Shown: one piece after another, positions 49,001 to 60,200 of the stretch
How the letters are laid out: each line of letters begins with the position of its first letter
How positions within the stretch are numbered: the first letter of the stretch is position 1
Source of the DNA: Botryllus schlosseri
Taxonomy: Eukaryota
Assembly: GCA_051294905.1 (NCBI GenBank)
Contig: CM119378.1
Location: 4,094,001 to 4,158,000, forward strand
DNA length: 64,000 nucleotides
Direction of reading: 5' to 3'
Notes under the pieces: generated by a model
Told to the model about the DNA's origin: nothing
Database searches by the model: none
Seen by the model: only the letters and a program-made list of their open reading frames with translations
Made by a program: the position numbers and the translations under genes

Positions 49001-52000
49001 CTACAGCCTATGCATTGCATTGCAATGGTACATTGGCACAGTGCTGCACATGCTGATAAGCGGATATCTATACCCGCAAAGATCCTTTGAACGTATATCG
49101 GCACCATCGTGTAAATAAACGTTACGGTTACGAATTGCGGAGTCATTTCAGCTTTTACTGCAAAAGAACAAATATCGAACGCGGTTTTTCGTGCTCAACG
49201 ACAGTTCCTTTTTTAATCCTCACTTGATGGAGGTTGATACTCGCATACTGTCTTTATGATGTCATAGACCGCATTTCTCTGGCGAGCAAACGACGTTCGA
49301 CGCACGACAGGAAATTCATCATCTCCAAGTTCTTGCAAAGAATGAGGATTGAGACAACAGAAATTTAGCAGTCGAACTATATTCAGATAGACAAGACATA
49401 CTTGACAGTATTCTATCGAATGTGGGATCCGTTAGCATCTTGAACACTTTGTATGCTGGAAACATATAAAGTTTGCGATATGTGTTTCAGGCCTATACTT
49501 CGCACAGACTACCTGGATCAAATGTCTTTCCAAAGGTAATGGCGACCGAACTTAGCTCTTGCATGAGTGGAGATTTAGTCTGCAGCTTGTGGACAATGCT
49601 GTCACGCGTACAAATTGCATTCTTGCACGCCGAAAACTTGGTCAGTGCTGTTGTTATATCGAAGGTGCCTTTTTCAGTGACCGCCGCATAGTCGTCGAAT
49701 GTTGATCTCACGTTACTTTCGATTAAGGAACACTTTGAATACGATTAAAATCTTATTAGTAATGACGTCATCGAAATGCATCATTTTCCATCGTAATTAT
49801 GTGACATTAAAGCAAATGGCGTTTGAGATGGTGAAGACTATTGTTAGTCTAATTGGTGGCCCCCTAACTGGTAACTACTATTCAGCCCTCAAGATTACCG
49901 GACCCTGATCTGACTTATCAACCTCCCCTATCGACACTTGGGTCATTCATTTTCATCACAGCTATGGCAAGTTATTATAAGAAGGTGTCTTAATCAGCCA
50001 GTAGTAAAATTTGTCAGCAATTTTGAACAGTTACGAATTCAGTTAACGTTATAACGAGAATATTGAATGATTAAACTCACCTCAGGATGGTCGTAATCCA
50101 CATCAGTAGGAACGCTCTGTAAAGGGCGAATTTTAGACCACTGTACAATAATTAATTTCGGTATAAAATAAAGTTTAACGAACCTTGATTGCATAACCTT
50201 CGGCAACATATTTCCGGGAGCTCTATGCAGTGGCGGCTCGTGACAATATCGGGTGGTGGGGCAAGGGCTGCAAGCGACTTTTTATCAAGATGACGTCACA
50301 ATGGCGTTTTCCAACGTAAACAAGTAACTTAATGATGGTACGGTAACATGAATTTCCCGGCAACAGTGATTTTAACGTATGTGCCACGAGAGGTCCGCTG
50401 GTGAGCTGTGACTTGAAGTGTGGTAACTGCGTAAACGGCGTACTGAACAAAGATTCAACACGGTTCATGTTCGCATTAGACCTGACTAATTATCTGCAGA
50501 AATGGAAATGACTATAACTCGAGAGATAGCGTAAGCCTAATTGGAAAGGTCAACGAATTCGGACAGATACGCAATTGTTATCTCATAGATTGGGCCTGTC
50601 CTATTGAATCCAAAACATCATTGTAAAGGACTAAGAATAGCAGCCTCGGAAATTTGGTCTCGGTACAGCATAAGAGATTTTGGCCTTGAAACTGGAGACT
50701 GTAACACGACACATGCGTTTTTATTACTGTCTTATAGGTCTGCTGCGAAATCGCCTTTGAAAAATATATTACCGAATAAATACGTGGATGAAAGCCTTAA
50801 ACTTGGTACACTGTTACATGACATTATCGAGAAGTGGCCTCATGGCCCTTTTCGGTATGGTACAGTGTCAAAATTAATGCGAACAGACCAACACCGAATT
50901 TTGCGTAAAATTTACTGAGGAATAGGCTGATCAAGTGACGAGGGGTTGTACGCAAATGGCTTGAAGGCCACAATTTCACGGTGAAATTGACATTGGAGAA
51001 TATACGATCAAAGTAAATATTTGAATGCAAACTGAGAATGATATCATCATCTCACTTAACGTTACCGCAGATACATCGGCTTTTGCGTGAAATCCGCAAT
51101 GTGTTGTAGGCTAAAGTGTCAGATCGGAGCACATCTTTACCATACTCGACCTTGATAACGAAATTACTGCCCTAATCATTGAGTGTCAACCTTGAGACTT
51201 GGCACAGCGTTCGATACTAAAATCAAGACATACCGTGCAAAAGCTTATGACGGATCTAGGTAAGGAGCATCGTTAAAATCAATAGAGACCAATACCGGCT
51301 TTGCGTATAATCTGTTAGCGATAAATGACGAGTCAGCTCTCACTCGAATTAGGAAACGAAATTACCACTAACACAGTTCAGTGACAAACTTAAAACTTGG
51401 TACAGCGTTCGATACTAACATTAAGACTTACCGTGCCAAATGTCATAACCGATCTCAGTATTGAACACCGTCAAAACCAATGGATACCAATACCGGCTTT
51501 TGAGTAAAATCTGTTTGCGATACATGACGGATCAGCACACACTCAACTTCGGAAACGGAATTACTACCCTAAACTTTAAGTAGAAACCCTGAAACTTGGG
51601 GCAGTGTTAAATACCACCATCACGACATGACATAACAAGTTTCAAGAGTTTTCATGGTGTGAAACCCCATTAAAATCGACCTATACCAACAAAGGTCGAC
51701 TAAACGCATATGACCAGGCCGTGTTATTTTTGGCATATGCCAAAACTGCCAAAAATAACTTATTTTTGGCATTTTTCGATTTTTATTTTTGGCAGTTTTG
51801 GCATCGTCCTCTAAATAGATAGTTTCAGCCTCGAATTAGTCACAAAAACGCTTTATTTGGGCTAGTTTGTCAAAAGACACCACAAAATGTGCAGCATCCA
51901 CGTATAATCAGTGCCAACAAACAATAAGAGAAGAAAAAACCTAATGATTTCATTGGTTAATTATATCAAACGAGACCACAAAATGTGCAGTATCCATCGG

Positions 52001-53905
52001 AATCGGTGCCAATAAGCAAAAAAAAGAAAGAAAAGCCAAACAAACACGCTCAACAGCTGATTGTCACAGCTGTTGAATAGACTTAAATCGTTTGCACTGT
52101 AGTAGTGCTTCCAAACTCAGGTCAGCTAAGTTTCTCCTAAATTCATTTCTCGCCTAGCGAATCTGGGGAATATCGACTTCAACAGTAGCCGCTGAGGGAA
52201 AGAATGTAGCCAGTCATCCACAAAAGGTTTTCAGAGCTTCAAAATCTTTGGAGGGCCGAACCGGCTTCCACGCATCATGAAAAGAGATCACTTCGCCAGT
52301 GCCATCGATCTCATCGCGGAAATAATTTTCTTCCTGATCCTTTTCCAGGAGTTTCCTGTATTGTCTCTCAACACATTCTATTTAGTAGCCCGACTATCAT
52401 TTCTCCTTCAGTCTACCGATATATTTTCGGAGAACATTTTTTCACTTCAGGTGGCTTTATTACCAACTCGCATGGAAGAGTCCTGGGAAGGTTAGCTTGT
52501 TTAAGAACATTGTCGCAACAAGACTGTCTGGCAAAACGAGACTATGCAACTCAGAAATAGCCAGACAGTTTGTTGCGTCACAATGTTCAACTCGATCACA
52601 ATGCAAAAATCGTGGTTGATTTTGGGAGTTCCAGTTCCATGAGCAGAATATAATTTATATTTTAATAATCAGTACTGCGGCAGCTTCTCATTGATACCCG
52701 TTTTATCAAATTTAGCGCTCGACAAGCCGGTCAAAAATGGTCGTAAAATTGCCTTTGGACAAATGGAAAGTATGACGTAAACCAAATGCAGTCAGCCGTT
52801 CAATCTCGCTGTGCCCACACCATTTAGGACACCATGCTTTCACCCCTAATGGGTGGGCTGGACCCAGATTAAGAAACCTGCCTTTCACAAACGCTCTTCT
52901 TGCTTGTAACGCGGTCTTGTTAACACAACACCATGAACGAAATACACTATTTGGCAGGCCGTGTTATTTTTGGCATATGCCAAAAATTGCTTATTTTTGG
53001 CATTTTCAAATTTTTATTTTTGGCAGTTTTGGCATCTGGCTCCTGAAATGCCAAAATTAACACGGCCTGCATATGACGGTAACAGAGTTCAGCTATAGAT
53101 ACGATTGTTACATCACACCTTAAGGGCACAGAGCTATCGTGCCCCGGTTGCTCGGTAATTTTATGAATAGGAGAGAGTAAATCACCGTTTCTTTATTATG
53201 CGCGGTTTTGAGAGAATAGACAGTGAAAGCTTGTTATGAGCGCTACCGGGGCAAGCCCCGGCTAGGCATTCGCACAGCGAAAACACAGAAGAGAATTTGA
53301 TTTTCGCATAGACTTCGCTATATATGGGCATTTACAAGCGAAAGGACAAGAAGTATACGATTTTCGCTGTGATTTCGGTTTATATAGATAGGTGTGCGTC
53401 TATAAATGGTAAAGAATTGTTATTGAACAGAATTTTAGGTGGGGCAATGCCCCAGTTGCCCTATAGGACGAGCCGCCACTGGCTCTATGTGAATAAATGT
53501 CACAAATAATTAGGGCAATGTAGAAACATAGTTAACGTTGCGAATAGGATACTGACCGGTACTGCTCGCGATCTGTCCATGCCCTGAGAACAAAATTCAC
53601 GTCTTGTAAAGTAATATTATATGAGTCTATGAATATCGATTTAGAGTACATTAATATGGGCTTATTCGTCACAAATTTGCGGGATCAGCAAAAATATTTT
53701 AGCATACAAAGTGGCGCACGGGTAAAAATAATAACCTTGAAACGACCAAATTAAAATTCAAAATTTAGGAGGCTGTGTGATGCTGAATCAACAAAATTAC
53801 GTGGATTTATCCAATATGCTTTTAAATTGACCTGTGACTTACCTCAACTTGGAATTGCGCGACATATATTAGAACGCATACGGTTTTTATATGTATTCTA
53901 CTCAT
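46050..53905 (-). CDS. Uncharacterised secreted protein, paralog B (~313 aa)
   Basis: GT-AG exons: 53843-53905 (MSRIHIKTVCVLIYVAQFQVE), 53557-53583, 50081-50116, 49513-49732, 49402-49455, 49224-49331, 49074-49157, 48275-48364, 46303-46389, 46050-46222 (TAA). Total 942 nt, open. Shares with A: ALTKFSAC..IC vs ALDRFQAC..LC, ILS exon end, TVC/TAC, WNE, CLDP, a Cys early in the last exon, and a DGPP/DGPS-rich tail. Confidence 0.78.
46795..48225. mobile_element. hAT (Buster-like) element, TSD GTCTAAAC, with a nested TAGGGTTGCC-ended MITE (~47554-47991)
   Basis: ccggggtcggcaacc / ggttgccgatccctg ends, GGCACG subterminal repeats, perfect TSD. Confidence 0.87.
48539..48680 (+). pseudogene. Degenerate 28S (LSU) rDNA fragment
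   Basis: aaagggaatctgggtaatattcccgagcc...gcggagattggcgcttcggcgcccaatgcggccatgcaactga...cccgggaagcgagttatctttt resembles the conserved metazoan 28S segment AAAGGGAATCGGGTTAATATTCC...GCGGTAACGCAAC...CCCGGGAAGAGTTCTCTTTTC (recalled from memory, not aligned). Confidence 0.72.
50790..51700. repeat. Diverged tandem array, period ~198 bp
   Basis: The acttggtacagcgttcgatact-type motif occurs at ~50801, ~51197, ~51395 and ~51594; ataccggcttttgcgt recurs at the same spacing. Confidence 0.7.
51715..53069 (-). mobile_element. Nested hAT derivative with a C-terminal (dimerisation) transposase remnant, TSD CATATGAC
   Basis: caggccgtgtta / taacacggcctg ends and TTTTGGCA repeats. The minus strand at ~52075-52220 reads LATFFPSAATVE...LADLSLEALLQCKRF across frameshifts. 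Confidence 0.8.
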
Positions 53906-54334
53906 CGTTATTATTGAATATGCTGTAAAACAGGTCTTTTGGGTTTTTCACAAACCTTACAAACGTCAAATCAAAAATCTGTCTCACGCTCCTAATGCAC
54001 CCAGTGTTCCTACCCCTGGCGCTATATTTTAGTCATGCAAATCACATATTGCTACATGAGACAAATATGAATATGTCCCGATCAGATCGAGAAGTGGACT
54101 TGGTGATGGTTTCCGCTTTGTTGAATGTGAAAAGGAGGTACGGATGCTGTCTTGTTATTCTTGCCGGTACAGCTAACTTGTAAGAAAAAGGAGAGGCGTT
54201 ATACATTTATAGATATTAGTCAGCGATATGTATCCCTGATATTAGTACAATGACCGGTCAATTAATGGAACACTCAAATCGTAAGGGTAGGCCTAAAAAT
54301 ATATTTGTTATGTGTTGTCAAAAACCGTCTACAC

Positions 54335-54665
54335 TAGTGCTTTGTGCGGAGCATGGACCGGAGCCGGATTGGATATCCGGCCGGAATCTTTATGGATAAG
54401 CATGACTTTTATAACTATATAACTACTAACCAACCACACGTAAGTAACCTCCAAGCCAGTGTGAACATAAACGAGGCATATTTATCAATTCACGGAACCT
54501 CCGTGCCGAGTAGGGCCGGATTTCTGGCCGGACTTTTTCATTTTTGACCGGACCGGATTGGAGCCGGATCAGTACTTTTCCTGATACGGCCGGAGCCGGT
54601 CCAGAGAATTGAATAACCGGATCGGAGCCAGACCAGAGAATTTGTCGATCCGCTCCGCACTACTA
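54335..54665. mobile_element. Probable MITE with CCGG/GGAGCCGG repeats
   Basis: Imperfect inverted ends (gtgcggagc / gctccgcac) and repeated ccggagccgg; TSD not resolved. Confidence 0.5.
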
Positions 54666-55811
54666 GCGCTAGGTCGCTAGCGACCCCAAACGGTGCAAAC
54701 ACTCAGGAGCGCTAAGGCGCAATGGAGGCACCGAAGAAAGATGATGTTGTAATAGGCATATGCCAATAGTTGATGCCAATAAACTTTTGCACAAGATGAT
54801 GAAATCTCCCCCTTTTCCGTTGTGCTTCGCGCGAAATATGCCAACTATGCGGAAATTGTCAAGTTTATGTATTGTATCAGTTTCACTGTGGTCACTGCCC
54901 CGAAAATTTCAAGGTATCAAAAGTGCATAAGTACAACACACGCACGTCCAAGCCACCCAACTGCCCTGTGGTCAACGTAAAAGTGCAGTGTGGAACCGGC
55001 AATTTACAACATAGCTACGTTGTAAATTGCTATGGTGGAACAGTATCATCATCATCATCATTGGTTTATTAGCAAGTTTATCAGTTCAATACACCACAAA
55101 AGAATGCGATACAATGAAAAGACAGGAAGATGTCGAAGCGCCGGCTATCCGACAGTCTTTGAGCATGTCCAATCCATGTCGGAATACAAGCAATTTCTAC
55201 TGAATGAATACCAGTCGCGCCTCAAGTTTACCGGACCACGACCTGACCATAGCCTTTGTAAAAGCTATGACCTGACATATCGATATCTCCTTCCGTCACA
55301 TGCCACCTTCTTTTGGCGAATGTCCTTTTGTATTATCATCATTACTTTTCATTCAGTGTGCATACCTCATTTTTACATCGGTTAGGCCAGGTGGGTGTCT
55401 AATTTCAAAGACTACTCCAAGTCGTTTTGACTTTTCACTGTATCGCAGTCTTGTGGTGCATTGAAATGAATGAAATTGTTAAAAATGCATTAGATTTATT
55501 TTAAACTATCATTAGCAAAATGTTTCCACGAATGTAGTCGTGGTAGAGTAGAGTTTATTGTTCATATTTTTTATCCATTCAAAAATACCACACGATTTCG
55601 ATACAATGAAAAGATATAAAGGTGGCGAAAGGGCTTGGAGTAGGCCAGAAAATAAGGACAATGTAAGTTATTTCCTGCAATACTGGATTTATTGTTTTGC
55701 CTCCTGGGGGCAGCCGTAAGTTTCTGATTTAATCTTTTTCACCAGTCAAGCGTGAAGTAGCCAGCAAGACACGTCGCCGATAGCAAGTTGTCAATGATCT
55801 GATGCCATGCA

Positions 55812-56354
55812 ATGGAAGTTCTGCAACAGGTTATTGCGGTGTTACTATCAGTAAGTTTCGTGAACTCCGCATCAAATACTTCACTACCGTGTACTGCATT
55901 ACTGGTCGGCCAATATCAATGTCCTCCGCCGACAATCGACCCAAAAACACAAGAACCAATCGGTTGTTTGCCCAACGGAACTGCGAAGCAAGAATGTTTC
56001 CCCTTGAAGGGAATTCAGTGTGACGGGAGAATATTTAACGGATCTCAAGGATTCAGTAAGGATATTAACTGCAGATATACAAATGGATATTATTATACCA
56101 CCGCGGTTGGACTGTCAGTGTTTCTTGGGTGGCTGGGAGTGGATAGGTTTTATTTAGGCTATCCAGCTCTCGGATTGTTGAAGCTGTGCTCGTTTGGAGT
56201 GTTCGGAATCGGGGCGTTTTTCGATTTCATGCTCATTGCTCTGCAAGTAGTGATTCCCGCAGACGGTTCGAATTATATTATTGATTTCTACGGTCCCAGA
56301 ATTAACCATATGTCAATTAATAACGAAACATATTATGTGCCGCAAGTCGAGTAG
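55812..56354 (+). CDS. TM2D1: TM2 domain-containing protein 1-like (BBP-like), single coding exon, 180 aa
   Basis: Signal peptide; Cys-rich ectodomain (GQYQCPPPTIDPKTQEPIGC); TM2 domain YTTAVGLSVFLGWLGVDRFYLGYPALGLLKLCSFG; C-terminal PADGSNYIIDFYGPR. Confidence 0.93.
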   Translation: MEVLQQVIAVLLSVSFVNSASNTSLPCTALLVGQYQCPPPTIDPKTQEPIGCLPNGTAKQECFPLKGIQCDGRIFNGSQGFSKDINCRYTNGYYYTTAVGLSVFLGWLGVDRFYLGYPALGLLKLCSFGVFGIGAFFDFMLIALQVVIPADGSNYIIDFYGPRINHMSINNETYYVPQVE

Positions 56355-57272
56355 GCGATATCTGTACGCTTGATCAGTTGAGATGACGTGATCCAGTATT
56401 TTATAGAGAAGAACTGGGTGGAAATATTCTACCAAAATGAAGTATCAGTAGAGCATAAGGATGATTTATTTGTTTCTTCGACGAAAAAGGAAAACGGCCT
56501 GTTTGTCATATTGAGTAGAATTATGTTGTTTTTCCTGCATCTGAACTTATTCATGCATTGATGTTATTCTGTAGGCCTAGGCTGGTCTATAATACCCATT
56601 GCAATACCTGGAATGTTATAAACACTTGGTAAATCCTTGATTTTGCGTCGGATAAATTTTCATAATTTATTTTCGTTTGCTATGTAAGATTTGTCACTAC
56701 TCCTGATATCTCTTCTGGCTTATGCCGCTGTAAATCACTGTGATACCGTTTTTGTTCTTATTTGATCCGTTGAATAGATTGCATTATTTTTACTTGAAGT
56801 TATGGGCCTCCAATTGCAAGTAACGATGGCTAAAAAGCTGTCAGTCTGAGAAAAAAATATTATGGTACCAAGATCTCCACATTGTGCACACCGAATCTCC
56901 TTCAAACGTCATGTCATTTGAGTGCGAATTGTACCCGACTTTGTTGGTTGATTGCTTTGACATTTGGTGAACTACCAAGAATTTTCCTTTTCAGCCTAAT
57001 ATTATTGAAGAGATTGAGAATATGTGCCGACTGTATCTTATATTGTGCTTGGGTTGTATTGAACTGATTTAATTCAATCTTGTCTAATATAAATAACTGA
57101 GTTTAGACGGTGTTTCTAGTGTAAAGTGTATTTTTCTTGTTTGAATATTGTCGCAAGATATCTCGAGATTACTGTTTTCATTTTGATACGAGAAAAACGC
57201 AATGACGCTTGACATTATATTTTCTTGAATATTCTCAAGCTCGGTAATTAAGTATTTGTTTAGCAACCAAAT

Positions 57273-60200
57273 ATGACGTCGGCTGAGAGCATTTGCTACA
57301 CGTTGGTCAATGTCCCATCAGTTACCGACTCGGAGCCATCAAATGAAACGCAATTGAAAAGTGATATTGAGCATGGAGACTTGAGAACCAAGACTGAAGC
57401 TTTAAAGCGTGTTATACTGATGACGTTGAACGGAGAAAAATTGCATGGTAAGATGAGGAAGATGTTGCTCAGTCTCACAGTTGTCCTTGTGCCTTTGTAG
57501 TGGCTTCTAGGAGCAGGTGTTGGTGTCATAATATTTTTGAATAAATAATTCTGACAAGGACTGCGTTAGTTACAATACTGCTAGTTTCAGCAACTTTCCA
57601 TTTTCTAGTTCACAGCCTTCAGATTGAACAATTATAATTATTGTTATTATATTCATTTTCTCTGGGCCACTAGGTAGGCTAAACACTGTGCCATTTCTGC
57701 TCGAGTCCTGCTTACAGCAACATACTGCTAGTTTGATATGAATGTATCCATCTTACCTTACCAATGTTTTTTCTCAGTGTCAGGTGCCTGCTTAGCTATC
57801 TGTGGCTGAAATTTATTTTGCGATGACACATAATAATATAAACCACGGTTCCCAATCTGGACTGCAGCATCCCTTGCGCGAGCTAGTGACCTCGAATGTG
57901 TCACTAGCTACCAACTAGCCGATTGGGGGGGGGGGGGGTGCTGAGAGTAAAGGAGGCGTCATGAAATTTACAAAAGTTGTTCAGGGAAATTTGTAAATAT
58001 ATATCTTTATCTGGGCACCAAATCATCCCCACATATGTTTATATGTACGCAACATTGAGCTTTCTAACCAATCCATTAAAGAACAGATTAATTATTCAAC
58101 AACCTTTATTGAACTCGAGTTAAGATTAATTAAGATTCTAACGTGTGTACGACATGGATGATGAAGTTCTATGCATATATCTCACCAAAACAAAGTATGG
58201 TGAATGGTGATTTGGAAGGGAAATTGCCTTGTATGTTTTTTATCGCTGATTGCGCCAGTTAAAGAATTTGTACAAACATGAACATTGAACCATTATGATT
58301 TGAACCACCCGCACATATTGAAGATTCTTCACATTGCTATTGTTCATTTATGAACTATTTCAGGATTGTTAATGACGATTATCAAGTATTTGCTGCCCTC
58401 TGACGATCACACAATCAAGAAGCTGCTGCTCATCTTTTGGGAAATATGGCCCAAGACCGATCAGGACGGCAAACTCAGACCGGAAATGATTCTTGTCTGC
58501 GATGCGTACAGAAAGGTAGTCGTAAGATAGTCTCGTCGTTCATCTCGTTACATATAAATTGTTTCACAGGATCTGCAACATCCCAATGAATTCATCCGGG
58601 GCTCCACGCTTCGGTTTCTCTGCAAGTTGAGGCAAGCCGAATTGCTGGAACCGCTGATGCCTGCCATCCGAGCTTGTTTGGATCACAGGCACAGTTACGT
58701 GAGAAGAAATGCCGTTCTCGCTATCTACACCATTTATCGGCAAGTTTATTTTTTCGTCACTTGTTCTTGATCTTTTTCTAATTTGACATTTTCTGTTTTT
58801 AGGCTAGTAGATGCTAGTTTTCTCCTTACCCGGCATGTTTAATTGCACTGGAACCCTCTTACCGAAACAATGCCTTCGATCTTCATAGGGTTTAATTAAC
58901 ATAATATATGCTCAAATACAGCTTGTAAGACTACAGTCATTGCAGCTTATCAAAAGTTGATGGCGCAATCGCAATCATATCACAGATTCAATGAAAACTA
59001 ATTTGGCAAAGTATGACATAATGATGTCATTTTTAAAAGGACGCTCAACCAATTCAGGTGCACACAAAAAGTCTTTGAGTTGAATAAATTATAGTGCAAT
59101 GAATTATTAAGGCAATATTGAAGTCAAGTATTGCCAGTCAACTATTGAAGTATCTAATCTTAGCATAATAGGTGTATCTCATTGTTGTGTTGTTGTCTCG
59201 TGATGTTTTGTGTAACATAGAGAACTGGGAAACGATAACTATTAGCGAGAAATTCAGGATAAGAGTACCGATAGATTCACTTTTCCACTGTTTGGCTGGG
59301 GCCTACGATAGCTTATATCATAACTCGGTTTGGCTGTTATTGTTTAAAATCGGTTACTCGAGCTGAGATGCGATGTGGTATTGGTCATCTCATCATTGAA
59401 CTTCTGTCAACGTTTATGCCGTCATCTGCTACCTGCTGTTGAAAATTTCCATTGTCCTTCAGGAAATTTGAGAACCTTATTCCTGACGCTCCGGAACTGA
59501 TTCACGAGTTTCTGGAGGGCGAGAAGGACGCCTCTTGCAAGAGGAATGCTTTTATGATGCTCATCCACGCGGATCAAGAAAGAGCTTTGGATTATCTGAG
59601 CACCTGCATTGATCAGGTATGGAAATTTTCCTATTTATGTCATTGTTTCAAGTAGGATAATAATGTTGAACTCGATGTCTTGCTAATGTAGGCCCATTGC
59701 ATTACTATGTGTTCTTGCTTAGTTGGCTGTTTTTATTATGCCAGTATGTAACTAAAGAAGTCAGCAAATTTTGTGACTACTATGTGTACTGTGTATTGCA
59801 GTAGATAACAGATACGCTTCTAATTGTGTTTGAGTAAAAATAGTATAATGAGTTTGAAACAAAACCGCTTTTACCACATACCATTACCAGTGTTTCTCCG
59901 TATGAATCAATGTGCAGTAGGTAGCCTTGAGATTTTCACAACTTCTCGCAGTACATCGCAAACCATTCACAGTATTGAGTTGACTACACAATAATTCAAA
60001 AGATCAACAACGCAACAGTTATTCATCAGTTGCCTTCATATGCACAGCATTCAAATGGTTTTCATGGAGTAGAAATGTTTTTGAAGAATAATATCAAGCT
60101 TAGACCTGTAGCTTTCACACGCCCATTTCAAGGTGAAGACACAATATGTCAATACATTCATGGTATCAGTAGCAGGCTACTGTCAGACCAAATACTGTAA

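Larger units (their letters stand above)
50228..53481. mobile_element. Composite hAT-type element, TSD GCTCTATG, carrying a ~198-bp tandem array and a nested hAT
   Basis: TIRs cagtggcggctcgt / acgagccgccactg with a perfect 8-bp TSD. Confidence 0.87.

Noticed and set aside
48606..49070. ORFs 48606-48992 (+) and the extension of 48823-49146 (-)
   Set aside because: They overlap the 28S relic and intron sequence; only 49074-49157 fits the paralog B splice model.
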